Below are positions 34,165-43,752 of a stretch of 56,758 bases of DNA, in pieces (the first letter of the stretch is position 1; each line of letters starts with the position of its first letter). The stretch covers positions 1 to 56,758 of the forward strand of contig JAAUYT010000021.1 of the NCBI GenBank assembly GCA_014804975.1, given 5' to 3'. Source of the DNA: Clostridia bacterium (GTDB taxonomy: Bacteria; Bacillota; Clostridia; Christensenellales; Borkfalkiaceae). The notes under the pieces were generated by a model, which made no database searches, was not told the origin of the DNA, and saw only the letters and a program-made list of their open reading frames with translations. The position numbers and the translations under genes were made by a program.

Positions 34165-35889
34165 ATGAAATCTTTAATCGACGCCGCTATGAAGCGGGAA
34201 AAATGCGACCTTGTGATAAAGGGTGCAAAGGTATTCAACGTATTTACGGGAGAAATAGAAGAGGGCGAGATCGCCGTGAAAAACGGCAAAATCGTCGGCA
34301 TCGGAAGCGGGTACGACGCGCAAGAGGTTTATAACGCAAACGGCGCGTATGCGTTGCCGTCCTTTATCGACGCGCATATCCATGTCGAAAGCTCCATGCT
34401 TTCCCCCGAAGAATTTGCGCTCCTTTCCGTAAAGCACGGCACGGGAGTCATTATTGCCGATCCGCATGAGATCGTGAACGTGTGCGGGATCGCGGGCGCG
34501 GAATATATGAAGGAAGCGTTTTCGCATATTCTTTACCGCGGCGTGAACCCCTTAGAAGTCTGTTTGCAGCTTCCCTCTTGCGTGCCCGCAAGCCCCTTCG
34601 AGACGAGCGGAGCGGTGCTTAACGGTAAGGAGACGGAGCAGGAAATCGGGCGCGACCTCTTTTACGGCTTGGGGGAGTTTATGAACTATCCCGCCGTCGT
34701 TGGCGCGGACGAAGAAGCGCTTTCCAAAATAGAGGCGGCTCTGTCGCAGGGCAAGATCGTTGACGGGCACGCGCCCGCGCTTTCGGGTGACGCGCTAAAC
34801 TCTTACGCGGCGGCGGGAATCAAGACCGATCACGAATGCGTGAATGCCGAAGACTGCCGCGAAAAGCTAAAACGCGGGCTCTACGTGCAGCTTCGAAACG
34901 GCTCTTCCGCACACAACCTCGAAGAGAACGCAAAGGCAATGACCGCTTATAATTTTCGCCGCTCTATTCTCTGTTCGGACGATCGGAACGCTTACGATTT
35001 GAAAAACCACGGCGAAATCGACGATGCGTTAAAGCGGCTCGTGCGCATGGGTATTCCCGCGCCTTGGGCGATCGCCTGCACTACCCTGAACACGGCGGAG
35101 TGCTACGGCTTAAAGGATAAGGGCGCGCTTGCGCCCTCGTACGACGCAGATATCGCGCTCGTAGAGGACTTGAAGGACTTCCGCGTTTTAGGAGTATTCA
35201 AACGCGGCGTGCTCGTTGCAGAGGGGGATAAAACGCTTTTCCATGCGGAACGCTATTCAAGCAAGGAAGTCAAAAGCACGGTCAAAATTAAAGAAGTTAC
35301 GGCGGACGATTTCAGGCTTGACCTTTCGGGCAAGGTGCGCGTCATGCGCGTGAAGCCGAACGGCATTATGACGGAAGAGGAAGTTTTAAACGTTTCGAGT
35401 CAAAAGGGGGACGTGCTTCTTCCAAAAGGCGTTTGCAAGCTTGCCGTTATCGAGCGGCACTTTGCAAGCGGAAATATGGGCAAGTGCCTTTTGAGCGGGT
35501 ACGGTTTGAAGGGCGGTGCGCTCGGTATAAGCGTCTCTCACGACAGTCATAACCTCGTCGTGGTCGGCGACGATAATACGGCTATGGCGCGCGTTGCGGC
35601 GCTTTTAAAAGAGGCGGGCGGCGGCATGGCGGTTGTGAACGGTAAATTTGAAAGGGCGTTTGCCCTCGATATTGCGGGGCTCATGTCAAGCAAGCCTTAC
35701 GAAGAGGTCATCTTAGAGACGGAAGAAATCACCGCGCACGCGCGGCGTATGGGAATCAAAGAGGGAATAGAACCTTTTATGTCGCTCGTGTTTTTATCGC
35801 TTGCGGTCATTCCCAAGCTGCGCCTTACGGACAAAGGGCTTGTAGACGTCGATAAATTCGAAATTACAACTTCCCAAATAAAGGAGTAA
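34165..35889 (+). CDS. ade: Adenine deaminase
   Basis: DLVIKGAKVFNV...GKIVGIG...PSFIDAHIHVESS amidohydrolase metal site. About 574 aa. The ATG at 34165 lies downstream of the terminator hairpin. Confidence 0.85.
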   Translation: MKSLIDAAMKREKCDLVIKGAKVFNVFTGEIEEGEIAVKNGKIVGIGSGYDAQEVYNANGAYALPSFIDAHIHVESSMLSPEEFALLSVKHGTGVIIADPHEIVNVCGIAGAEYMKEAFSHILYRGVNPLEVCLQLPSCVPASPFETSGAVLNGKETEQEIGRDLFYGLGEFMNYPAVVGADEEALSKIEAALSQGKIVDGHAPALSGDALNSYAAAGIKTDHECVNAEDCREKLKRGLYVQLRNGSSAHNLEENAKAMTAYNFRRSILCSDDRNAYDLKNHGEIDDALKRLVRMGIPAPWAIACTTLNTAECYGLKDKGALAPSYDADIALVEDLKDFRVLGVFKRGVLVAEGDKTLFHAERYSSKEVKSTVKIKEVTADDFRLDLSGKVRVMRVKPNGIMTEEEVLNVSSQKGDVLLPKGVCKLAVIERHFASGNMGKCLLSGYGLKGGALGISVSHDSHNLVVVGDDNTAMARVAALLKEAGGGMAVVNGKFERAFALDIAGLMSSKPYEEVILETEEITAHARRMGIKEGIEPFMSLVFLSLAVIPKLRLTDKGLVDVDKFEITTSQIKE

Positions 35890-35891
35890 TT

Positions 35892-36473
35892 ATGGAAGAA
35901 AAAGTAATCGTTGCCGCAACGGGCAACGAACATAAATTAAAAGAGATGAGAGAGATTCTCAAAGGCTATACGGTAATTTCCGCGAAAGAGGCGGGCTTCT
36001 TCGAGGAAGTGGAAGAGACTGGCTCGACCTTTCTCGAAAACGCGTTTTTAAAGGCGCGGGCAGTCGTAAAAAAGACGGGGCGTGCGGCGCTTGCGGACGA
36101 CAGCGGGCTTAACGTGGACGCTTTGGGGGGAGAACCCGGTATTTACAGCGCGCGCTATTCGGGCGGCGACAGTGCCGAAAACAGAAAGCTTTTGTTAAAA
36201 AATATGAAGGGTAAGACGGACAGAAGAGCAAGCTTTACCTGTGCCGTTGCGCTCGTGTTCCCCGACGGAAGAGAGTATTCTGCGATTGGGAAAACTTACG
36301 GCACGATATTGGAAGAGGAGCGCGGGGAAAACGGTTTTGGATACGACAGCCTGTTTTTGAGCGAAGATCTAAAAAAGAGCTTTGCCGAGGCTTCCGACGA
36401 AGAGAAGAATTCCGTTTCGCACAGGGGCAGAGCGCTTGCGGGGCTCTTAGATTCCTTAAAGGGGGCTCTATGA
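35892..36473 (+). CDS. rdgB: Non-canonical purine NTP pyrophosphatase (RdgB/HAM1)
   Basis: ATGNEHKLKE, GFGYDSLF, SHRG motifs. Confidence 0.9.
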   Translation: MEEKVIVAATGNEHKLKEMREILKGYTVISAKEAGFFEEVEETGSTFLENAFLKARAVVKKTGRAALADDSGLNVDALGGEPGIYSARYSGGDSAENRKLLLKNMKGKTDRRASFTCAVALVFPDGREYSAIGKTYGTILEEERGENGFGYDSLFLSEDLKKSFAEASDEEKNSVSHRGRALAGLLDSLKGAL

Positions 36474-36937
36474 AAACCTTTTTAATCGTTTCCGATTCGC
36501 ACGGAAGAAGAAAGATGGTCGAAAAGATTTTGCCGCTTGCCGCGGAGAACGATTACGTTATTCACCTCGGCGACGGAGTGGGGGACTTTCACGAAGTCAT
36601 GCGAACGTTTCCCGAAAAGACTTACTTAATAAAGGGGAACTGCGACGCGGGCGGCGGAGAGGACGAGTGCGTGATCGAGGCGGAGGGGCTTTCGATTTTG
36701 TGCTGTCACGGGCATAAGTACGGCGTGAAGAGCGGGCTTTCCCGACTCGCCGCCCGTGCAAAGGAGCAAGGCTGCGAAATCGCGCTATACGGTCATACGC
36801 ACCGCGCCGCGATAGAAGAGATAGACGGCGTCTTGTGTATCAATCCGGGGTCTGCGGGCTCGTATACCGAACCGAGCTACTGCTATCTCGTGATCCATAA
36901 TAAAAAGCCCACGGCAACGATCGTAGGCTTACAGTAA
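36470..36937 (+). CDS. YfcE/MJ0936-family metallophosphoesterase
   Basis: SDSHG, HLGDG, GNCD, CHGH, GHTH motifs. ATGA overlap with rdgB. Confidence 0.85.
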   Translation: MKTFLIVSDSHGRRKMVEKILPLAAENDYVIHLGDGVGDFHEVMRTFPEKTYLIKGNCDAGGGEDECVIEAEGLSILCCHGHKYGVKSGLSRLAARAKEQGCEIALYGHTHRAAIEEIDGVLCINPGSAGSYTEPSYCYLVIHNKKPTATIVGLQ

Positions 36938-36968
36938 AAAAAAGAGAGACGAAAGTCTCTCTTATTTT
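36936..36968. terminator. Bidirectional terminator between convergent genes
   Basis: agagagac / gtctctct stem with gaaa loop, flanked by an A-run and a T-run. Confidence 0.65.
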
Positions 36969-38350
36969 ATTTCGCTTTGGTTTTGTTGCTTGCGGGCGCG
37001 TCTGGCGCGAACCGCGTCGCGTATCATGGAGAATACCGTCATACATACGCCGATCAAGATATACAGGTAGAAGGTGGCGAATCTCCAAGTGAACACGACC
37101 CAACCAATGACGGATTCGACTCCCGCAACGGTGGAGAAAATAAAGAAGGTCGTCGTTTCGGACGCGCCGCTGTTTCCCGGTGTAGGCACCCAGGAGGCAG
37201 AGAAGTAGGAGACGGCAGTAAGGCTCCACATCTGAACCAGAAGGTTTATCGTAGGATCTACGCCGGCAATGGCGGTGACGGTAAAGAAGGGGATAGACAT
37301 GGAAATGAAAGTTACCACAGCCGCAAAGATTATAAGCGGAATCAACATATACCACTTTTTTATCAAAAGTTTAAGCGCGTTGCGGTATTCCGTCACTTCG
37401 TACACGTACTTCTTCATGACGGGGTATTTATGTTTGACGATGTGCATTTTGTGCAGCACCTTGACGATCCAAACGATGATTTTCTTGCCTACTTTCGGGA
37501 AAGAAGAAAGAAGGATCATAATGGTTGGAATCAACATATTAAGTGCCCATGAAATCCAGGCAATGATCATGAAACTCAGATTGAGTTTGTTCGATATGAC
37601 GGAATTATCCCGAAATTGGTTGGGAGCCAAGCCGAGGAATACGGCGCAAATAATTCCGAATACGAAAGTCGTTACGATATATTTGACAAGAGGAATCGCG
37701 GTTGCAACGCCTGCGGGAACGTTCCGTTTGTGCAGATAGTAGATTTGGAAGGGTTGTCCGCCCGTACCCAAAGGGGTGATGCCGTCGTAATATTTTCCGA
37801 GGAACATGACTTTGAGCGAATTTTTCAGCCGCCATTTTCCCGTAGAAATTTTCAAAAGATAGGAGTATTTCAGGCTTTCGAAGAAAATATAACCCGCTAC
37901 CACCGCAAGGAAGATGAGGAAGTACTGCCAACGGAACGTGGTTTTCAGCATTTCCACAAAGCCGAGCGTATCGCCGTGAATATAGTCGCCGAGCCCGAAC
38001 ATCAGTCCGATAGAAAGCCCGATAAGTGCAATCATTAAAATGATCTTAATTGCGGTCTTCCACTTTTTCTTTTTGGTGTTGTTGGAGGAACGCTCCTCCA
38101 TTTCTTTGGAGAGCTTTTCAATGTCGCGCTCTTTTGCAGACTGATAACGGGCAGCAAATTCTTTGCTGTCCTTCGTCGCTTCCAGCTCTTCCTCTTCTCT
38201 TTTTTCGAGCTCTTCCTCGGATTCTTCGCTCTGTTCTACCGTAACTTCTTCTCCTGCATTTACGCTTTCGTCAGGCGTTGCAGGCTTGTCCGTTTCAGTA
38301 GAGGGAACGTTTTCTTCGGGAGTAGGTTGTTCAGATTGATTCTCTTCCAT
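36962..38350 (-). CDS. LPG_synthase_TM (UPF0104, flippase-like) membrane protein with an acidic N-terminal extension
   Basis: TPLGTGGQPFQ and PTPGNSGASE motifs. Multi-TM core. About 100-aa Glu/Ser/Thr-rich N-terminus. An alternative GTG start exists at 38374. Confidence 0.65.
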   Translation of the reverse strand: MEENQSEQPTPEENVPSTETDKPATPDESVNAGEEVTVEQSEESEEELEKREEEELEATKDSKEFAARYQSAKERDIEKLSKEMEERSSNNTKKKKWKTAIKIILMIALIGLSIGLMFGLGDYIHGDTLGFVEMLKTTFRWQYFLIFLAVVAGYIFFESLKYSYLLKISTGKWRLKNSLKVMFLGKYYDGITPLGTGGQPFQIYYLHKRNVPAGVATAIPLVKYIVTTFVFGIICAVFLGLAPNQFRDNSVISNKLNLSFMIIAWISWALNMLIPTIMILLSSFPKVGKKIIVWIVKVLHKMHIVKHKYPVMKKYVYEVTEYRNALKLLIKKWYMLIPLIIFAAVVTFISMSIPFFTVTAIAGVDPTINLLVQMWSLTAVSYFSASWVPTPGNSGASETTTFFIFSTVAGVESVIGWVVFTWRFATFYLYILIGVCMTVFSMIRDAVRARRARKQQNQSEIK

Positions 38351-38409
38351 AATATACCAAATACATCTTACCACAGTTTTGATAAAAAAGCAACGCGAAA
38401 GAGAAAGAT

Positions 38410-39336
38410 TTATCCGCTTTTCGTGTTAATTTTTTGCGAAAGTTCTTTTTTGCGTGCTTCGCGCTTGCTTTTTTCAAGTCGATAGATAAAATTCCCGACC
38501 GCCGCTCCTATGATGACCACGTACCCGATAATGCTTAGCGTCTTGGGAACTTGATTCAGGAAGAGGAGTCCGAGGATCGCCGCAAAGAGCACTTGCGCAT
38601 AGTCGAATACGGCGATCTCCTTGGCGGGAGCCTGCTTATAAGCGGCGGTAATAAAGAATTGCCCGCCTGCCGCCGAAAGCCCCGCAAGCACCATATAGAG
38701 CCATTGCATTCCCGTCATAGGCTTGTAATAAATAATCATAAAGGGCAAAGAGACGAGCGTAGAGAAGGCGGAGAAAAAGAAGATGATCATATCGTTGCGC
38801 TCTCCCTTTTTACCGAGCACCCGAACGCAGGTATAGGCAAAGCCCGCGCACGCGCCGCTTAAAAAGCCCGAAATCGCGGGAATGATTTTCATATCGAAGC
38901 GGGGATTGACGACGAGCATTGCGCCCGCAAAGGCGATAAGCACGAAGATCATTTCGGGAATCGTGGGCTTTTCCTTCATGAGGAATACCGAAAAGAGAAT
39001 CGCAAAGAAAGGGGAGAGCTTGTTTAAAATCGAAGCGTCGGAAATACTGCCGATATGGTCGATCGCATAAAAGTTGAGTATCACTCCCAAATAGCCGATC
39101 CCCGCCCTTAAAAAGAGCCACGGAATACAGCTCTTATCGTGAATGCGGAATTTCTGCTTGGAAAAAAGGAGCGTAAAGAACACGATGATCGTGGCAAAAA
39201 AGTTGCGGAAGAACACCTTTTGCATGAGCGGGAGTTCGCCCGACAAGTTTACGAAAAGATTCATGAGAGCAAACGACAGCGCCGCCCCGAGAATAAATAA
39301 AATTCCGAATATCTTTTTCGCAGTTTCCTTTCGCAT
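38410..39336 (-). CDS. DMT-superfamily (EamA) transporter
   Basis: 308 aa, about 10 TM, two EamA-like halves. Confidence 0.75.
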   Translation of the reverse strand: MRKETAKKIFGILFILGAALSFALMNLFVNLSGELPLMQKVFFRNFFATIIVFFTLLFSKQKFRIHDKSCIPWLFLRAGIGYLGVILNFYAIDHIGSISDASILNKLSPFFAILFSVFLMKEKPTIPEMIFVLIAFAGAMLVVNPRFDMKIIPAISGFLSGACAGFAYTCVRVLGKKGERNDMIIFFFSAFSTLVSLPFMIIYYKPMTGMQWLYMVLAGLSAAGGQFFITAAYKQAPAKEIAVFDYAQVLFAAILGLLFLNQVPKTLSIIGYVVIIGAAVGNFIYRLEKSKREARKKELSQKINTKSG

Positions 39337-39377
39337 ACGAAAACATTATATGCAATCAAAGAAAAAAAGTCAACGAT

Positions 39378-39412
39378 AAAAAAACGTACGCATGGGAATT
39401 CCCATGCGTACG
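39378..39412 (-). terminator. Rho-independent terminator of the hyd operon
   Basis: Perfect 28-nt palindrome cgtacgcatgggaattcccatgcgtacg, followed on the minus strand by U7. Confidence 0.8.
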
Positions 39413-39429
39413 CCGGTTTTTCAGAAAAC

Positions 39430-41154
39430 TTAAATTTTCTTGTCAGCCTTGTAGCTCGTGTGCAAAATCTTGTGAGCTCTGGGGCTGTTGGGGAATTGCA
39501 GGTAGTCGTTGTAGACGACGTCCATAACGGGGGAGTCCGCACTGCGGCGGTATTCGTTTTTAACGTCCGCATTGTAGAGCGCCTGCGCTCTTGCCGATTT
39601 AAGCTCCACGCTGTTGCGCACGCTGTCCGAAAGGGTAGGCTGTCCGCCGCCGTTCACACAGCCGCCGGGGCAAGCCATGATCTCGATGAAGTCGTATTGC
39701 TTCTCGCCCGACTTGACCTGCTTGATGATCGTTTCGGCGTTTGCAAGTCCCGAAGCGACCGCAACTCTTACGGTGTTGCCCGCTACGAGGTAGGTTGCCT
39801 CTTTAATGCCCTGCGTACCGCGTACGGCAAAGAAGTCGAGAACCTCGAAGCTGCCGTCCATCATGTGCGCCGCCGTTCTGAGCGCCGCTTCCATAACGCC
39901 GCCCGTCGCGCCGAAGATCGCACCGCCGCCCGTTGCCGTAGCGAAGGGGTTGTCAAACTGTTCGTCGGGGAGCTCCGTAAACTTGATACCTGCGGTCTTG
40001 ATCATGCGGGCAAGCTCGCGCGTCGTGATTGCTGCGTCTACGTCTTCGATCATCTCTTCGCGCTTGCACTCGTTCTTCTTTGCCGTGCAGGGGATAACGG
40101 ATACGACGTAGAGGTTTTTGGGATCGATGCCGTTCTTCTCGCACCAGTAGCTCTTTAAGAGTGCGCCGAACATCTGTTGAGGCGATTTGCAGGTGGAGAG
40201 GTGGGGGATCATTTCGGGATATTTCTTCTCTACGAATTTGACCCAGCCGGGGCAGCAGGAAGTGAACATAGGCATGGGCTTGCCCGTCTTGATACGGTTG
40301 ATAAGCTCGCTTGCCTCTTCCATAATGGTAAGGTCTGCGGTCACGTCCATGTTGAACACGTGGTCGGGACCGAGGCGACGGATCGCCGCAACCATTTTGC
40401 CTTCGACGTTCGTGCCGACGGGCAAATCGAACGCCTCGCCGAGCGTTGCGCGCACGGAGGGAGCGGTGAAGAATACGACCTGCTTTTGAGGATCGGAGAT
40501 AGCCTCCCATACTTCGTCGATCGTCGAACGCTCGGAGAGCGCACCGACGGGGCAGGCAACGATACACTGACCGCAGCCTACGCAGACGGAATCTTTGAGG
40601 GGCATATCGAACGCACTGCCGATATGCACGTTAAAGCCTCTGCCGATATGACCGATTGCGTTTACGTGCTGCTTTTCGCAAGCCGCAACGCAGCGGGAGC
40701 AGTTGATGCACTTGTCGTTGTCGCGGACGACTGCGGGAGCCGCGTCGTCAATGGGAAGAACGTAGTTCTCGCCCTGGAAGCGGTCCTCGTCTACGCCGTA
40801 GCCCAAGGAGAGCTTCTGCAATTCGCAGTTGTGGTTTCTCTCGCAGGAAAGGCACTTTTTCTTGTGCTTGGAGAGGAGAAGCTCCAAAGTCATCTTACGG
40901 CTCTGGCGGCACTTCTCGGTGTTCGTTCTGACTTCCATACCCTCCGCAACGGGATAGACGCACGCCGCGACCAAGCCGCGCGCGCCCGTAGCTTCTACGA
41001 GGCACATACGGCAGGAGCCGACGCAGTTTACGTCTTTCAGATAGCAGAGCGTGGGAATTTCGATGTGGGCAAGTCTTGCCGCTTCCAAAATCGTCGTTCC
41101 TTCGGGAACGGTGACGGGAATATTGTTGATTTTCAAATTGATATTTTTCGCCAT
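39430..41154 (-). CDS. hydA: [FeFe]-hydrogenase catalytic subunit (M3-type HydA)
   Basis: H-cluster motifs TSCCPGW, PCTAKKNE, MACPGGCVNGGGQP. N-terminal 2Fe-2S, His-ligated 4Fe-4S and two CxxCxxCxxxCP ferredoxin motifs. Confidence 0.95.
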   Translation of the reverse strand: MAKNINLKINNIPVTVPEGTTILEAARLAHIEIPTLCYLKDVNCVGSCRMCLVEATGARGLVAACVYPVAEGMEVRTNTEKCRQSRKMTLELLLSKHKKKCLSCERNHNCELQKLSLGYGVDEDRFQGENYVLPIDDAAPAVVRDNDKCINCSRCVAACEKQHVNAIGHIGRGFNVHIGSAFDMPLKDSVCVGCGQCIVACPVGALSERSTIDEVWEAISDPQKQVVFFTAPSVRATLGEAFDLPVGTNVEGKMVAAIRRLGPDHVFNMDVTADLTIMEEASELINRIKTGKPMPMFTSCCPGWVKFVEKKYPEMIPHLSTCKSPQQMFGALLKSYWCEKNGIDPKNLYVVSVIPCTAKKNECKREEMIEDVDAAITTRELARMIKTAGIKFTELPDEQFDNPFATATGGGAIFGATGGVMEAALRTAAHMMDGSFEVLDFFAVRGTQGIKEATYLVAGNTVRVAVASGLANAETIIKQVKSGEKQYDFIEIMACPGGCVNGGGQPTLSDSVRNSVELKSARAQALYNADVKNEYRRSADSPVMDVVYNDYLQFPNSPRAHKILHTSYKADKKI

Positions 41155-41165
41155 TGTCGTTTACC

Positions 41166-43079
41166 TCACTTTCTCTCGATCGCGTGGAATTTGCAGTTTG
41201 CAAGGCACGCGCCGCACTTGATACATTTCGCGCCGTCGATTGCCATGGAGGGAAGCTTGTGCCCTGCGGCAACGTAGTCGGTCTTGGAAATGGCGCTTAC
41301 GGGGCAGTTCTTTGCGCAGAGACCGCAGCCGATACACTTATCCTTGTCGATCGTGTAGTTGAGCATCGCCTTGCACACGCCCGCGGCGCATTTCTTTTCG
41401 TTGATGTGTTCTTCGTATTCGTTACGGAAGTAGCGCATCGTGGAGAGCACGGGGTTGGGCGCGCTCTGTCCGAGAGCGCAGAGGGAAGAGGACTTCATGT
41501 GAGAAGCAAGCTCTTCGATCTTCTGAATGTCTTCGGGTTCGCCCTTGCCTTCCGTGATCTTCGTAAGAAGCTGTAACAGCCTCTTGGTACCGATACGGCA
41601 GGGAGTGCATTTACCGCAGGATTCGTCCGCCGTGAATTCAAGATAGAATTTGGAAATATCGACCATGCAGTTGCTGTCGTCGAGAATGATCATACCGCCC
41701 GAGCCCATCATAGAGCCGATCGCGATAAGGTTGTCGTAGTCGATAGGAGTATCGATGCACTGCGCGGGAATGCAGCCGCCCGAAGGACCGCCCGTCTGAG
41801 CAGCCTTGAACTTTCTGCCGTTCGGAATGCCGCCGCCGATCTCTTCAACGATTTCGCGAAGCGTCGTTCCCATGGGAACTTCCACGAGACCTACGTTCGT
41901 AATGTTTCCGCCGAGTGCGAATACCTTCGTACCCTTGGAGGTCTCGGTACCGATCTCGGAGAACCACTTTGCGCCCTTCGTAATGATGGGGTTGACGTTT
42001 GCCCACGTTTCAACGTTGTTCAAAATGGTGGGTTTGCCGAACAAGCCCTTGACTGCGGGGAAGGGAGGACGGGGACGGGGCTCGCCTCTGTGACCTTCGA
42101 TAGAAGTCATGAGCGCGGTCTCCTCGCCGCAGACGAACGCGCCCGCGCCGAGACGTACTTCGATATCGAAATCGAATCCGAGTCCCAAAATGTTCTTGCC
42201 GAGCAAGCCTCTTTCATGCGCCTGATCGATTGCGATCTTTAAACGCTGAACGGCGATGGGGTACTCCGCACGCACGTAGATATAACCCTGATGAGCGCCG
42301 ATCGCAAAGCCCGCGATCGCCATTGCTTCGAGTACGCAGTGGGGGTCGCCCTCCAAAACGGAACGGTCCATGAACGCGCCGGGGTCGCCCTCGTCGGCGT
42401 TACAGCAAACGTATTTGATATCGCCTGCCGAAGCCTTTGCAAACGCCCACTTTCTTCCGGTGGGGAAGCCCGCGCCGCCTCTGCCGCGCAAGCCCGAAGC
42501 GAGCATTTCGTTGATAACGTCGTCGGGCGTCATCGTCGTGAGCACTTTTTCAAGCGCTTCGTAGTCGCCCGCCGCGATTGCCTCTTCGATGTCCTCGGGT
42601 GCGATAACGCCGCAGTTACGAAGCGCGATACGGAGTTGTTTTTTATAGAAGGGGGTCTCCGCAAAGGGAATGACCGAGCCGTCCTTTAAAACGGTTCCCT
42701 GATAGAGGAGCTCTTTTACGATTTCGCCGCCCTTGACGAGGTGCTTTTCGGCAACCGTCTTCACGTGTTCGGGGGTCATCTGCGAATAGAACGCACCCTC
42801 GGGATACACGATCATGATGGGACCTAACGAGCAGAGCCCGAAGCAGCCCGTTTTAACGACGAGCACGTCGTCGATTTTGAGTTCTTTCAGCGATTTTTCG
42901 AGCTGTTCGATGACCTGCATCGACTTCGAGGAAGTACAGCCCGTACCGCCGCACACGAGCACCTGTTTGCGGTAGCCCGTCTTTTTAGCGAGTTTTTCGC
43001 CCTCTTCGCGAATGACGCGTCTTACCTTAATGAGGTCGCCTTTCTTTTTTCTGATGGCTTCCAATTCTTGAATGGTCAT
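41166..43079 (-). CDS. hydB: NuoF-like flavoprotein subunit of the electron-bifurcating hydrogenase
   Basis: GRGGAGFPTGRKW (FMN/NADH site), CGKCTPCR. N-terminal thioredoxin-like 2Fe-2S. Two C-terminal 4Fe-4S ferredoxin motifs. Confidence 0.9.
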   Translation of the reverse strand: MTIQELEAIRKKKGDLIKVRRVIREEGEKLAKKTGYRKQVLVCGGTGCTSSKSMQVIEQLEKSLKELKIDDVLVVKTGCFGLCSLGPIMIVYPEGAFYSQMTPEHVKTVAEKHLVKGGEIVKELLYQGTVLKDGSVIPFAETPFYKKQLRIALRNCGVIAPEDIEEAIAAGDYEALEKVLTTMTPDDVINEMLASGLRGRGGAGFPTGRKWAFAKASAGDIKYVCCNADEGDPGAFMDRSVLEGDPHCVLEAMAIAGFAIGAHQGYIYVRAEYPIAVQRLKIAIDQAHERGLLGKNILGLGFDFDIEVRLGAGAFVCGEETALMTSIEGHRGEPRPRPPFPAVKGLFGKPTILNNVETWANVNPIITKGAKWFSEIGTETSKGTKVFALGGNITNVGLVEVPMGTTLREIVEEIGGGIPNGRKFKAAQTGGPSGGCIPAQCIDTPIDYDNLIAIGSMMGSGGMIILDDSNCMVDISKFYLEFTADESCGKCTPCRIGTKRLLQLLTKITEGKGEPEDIQKIEELASHMKSSSLCALGQSAPNPVLSTMRYFRNEYEEHINEKKCAAGVCKAMLNYTIDKDKCIGCGLCAKNCPVSAISKTDYVAAGHKLPSMAIDGAKCIKCGACLANCKFHAIERK

Positions 43080-43570
43080 TTCTTTTCCCCCCTGTAAGAA
43101 TCGAGTATTCCCTTTACCATGTCGGGCGTAAGTTTACCGTAAACTTCTTCGCCGATCATCATGACGGGTGCAAGTCCGCAGGCGCCGACGCAGCGGCAGC
43201 TGTCGATCGAGAACAATCCGTCCTCCGTGCATTCGCCGCATTTGATTCCGAGCTGCTTTTCAACCTCTTCGAGGATCTTGTCCGATCCCTTTACGTAGCA
43301 AGCGGTTCCAAGACATACGCTGATGCGGTGTTTTCCCTTGGGCTTCAAAGAGAATTGCGAATAGAAAGTTGCTACGCCGTAGACTTCCGAAAGGGAAATT
43401 CCAAGCCCCTCCGCAATCGTTTTCTGGACTTCCAAGGGCAGGTATCCGTAGATCGCCTGTGCCTCCTGTAAGATGTGCATGAGACAACCGGGAGTTTCGC
43501 GTGATTCATCGATCACGGCATGCAACTTTTTGAGCTGTTCCGCAGTTCCGCACGCTGTGCATTGTTTCAT
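43076..43570 (-). CDS. hydC: NuoE-like 2Fe-2S subunit of the hydrogenase
   Basis: CLGTACYVKG...CRCVGACGLAP. 4-nt overlap with hydB. Confidence 0.9.
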   Translation of the reverse strand: MKQCTACGTAEQLKKLHAVIDESRETPGCLMHILQEAQAIYGYLPLEVQKTIAEGLGISLSEVYGVATFYSQFSLKPKGKHRISVCLGTACYVKGSDKILEEVEKQLGIKCGECTEDGLFSIDSCRCVGACGLAPVMMIGEEVYGKLTPDMVKGILDSYRGEKK

Positions 43571-43632
43571 ATATGACCTCCTATCTGTTGTGCGCCGTAT
43601 TTTATAAGCGGCGACTTTTGTTCACTCAGCAT

Positions 43633-43661
43633 ATTATATCATAATCTTTTATATTTTTCAA
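43633..43661 (-). promoter_or_regulatory. Sigma-70-type promoter of hydCBA (extended -10)
   Basis: Minus strand reads TTGAAA, 17-nt spacer ending TGa, TATAAT. Confidence 0.5.
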
Positions 43662-43716
43662 TCCTAATTTCGTATTTTATTGTATTTTGTCGAAAAGAAT
43701 TTTTTGGAAAACTTGC

Positions 43717-43745
43717 TTGCTTGTCCCAAAAAACCGTGTTATAAT
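43717..43745 (+). promoter_or_regulatory. Sigma-70-type promoter of the HMA gene (extended -10)
   Basis: TTGCTT, 17-nt spacer, TGtTATAAT. Confidence 0.5.
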
Positions 43746-43752
43746 GATATTT

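Noticed and set aside
39385-39412. Perfect 28-nt palindrome containing GAATTC, considered as a mobile-element end or regulatory site.
   Set aside because: It occurs as a single copy. It lies immediately after the hydA stop and is followed by U7 on the minus strand, which is fully explained as an intrinsic terminator.
40177-41277. 366-aa plus-strand ORF opposite hydA. Similar long shadow ORFs occur at 21686-22771(-), 44548-45534(-), 53105-54100(-), 47023-47823(-), 27834-28832(-), 10046-10867(-), 8591-9379(-), 25239-25958(-), 24415-25131(+) and 13557-14303(-).
   Set aside because: Each lies antisense to, or out of frame with, a gene that has strong family motifs. Their translations are Arg/Ala/Gly/Ser-rich low-complexity sequence with no RBS or motif. 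They are typical shadow ORFs of moderately GC-rich coding DNA.
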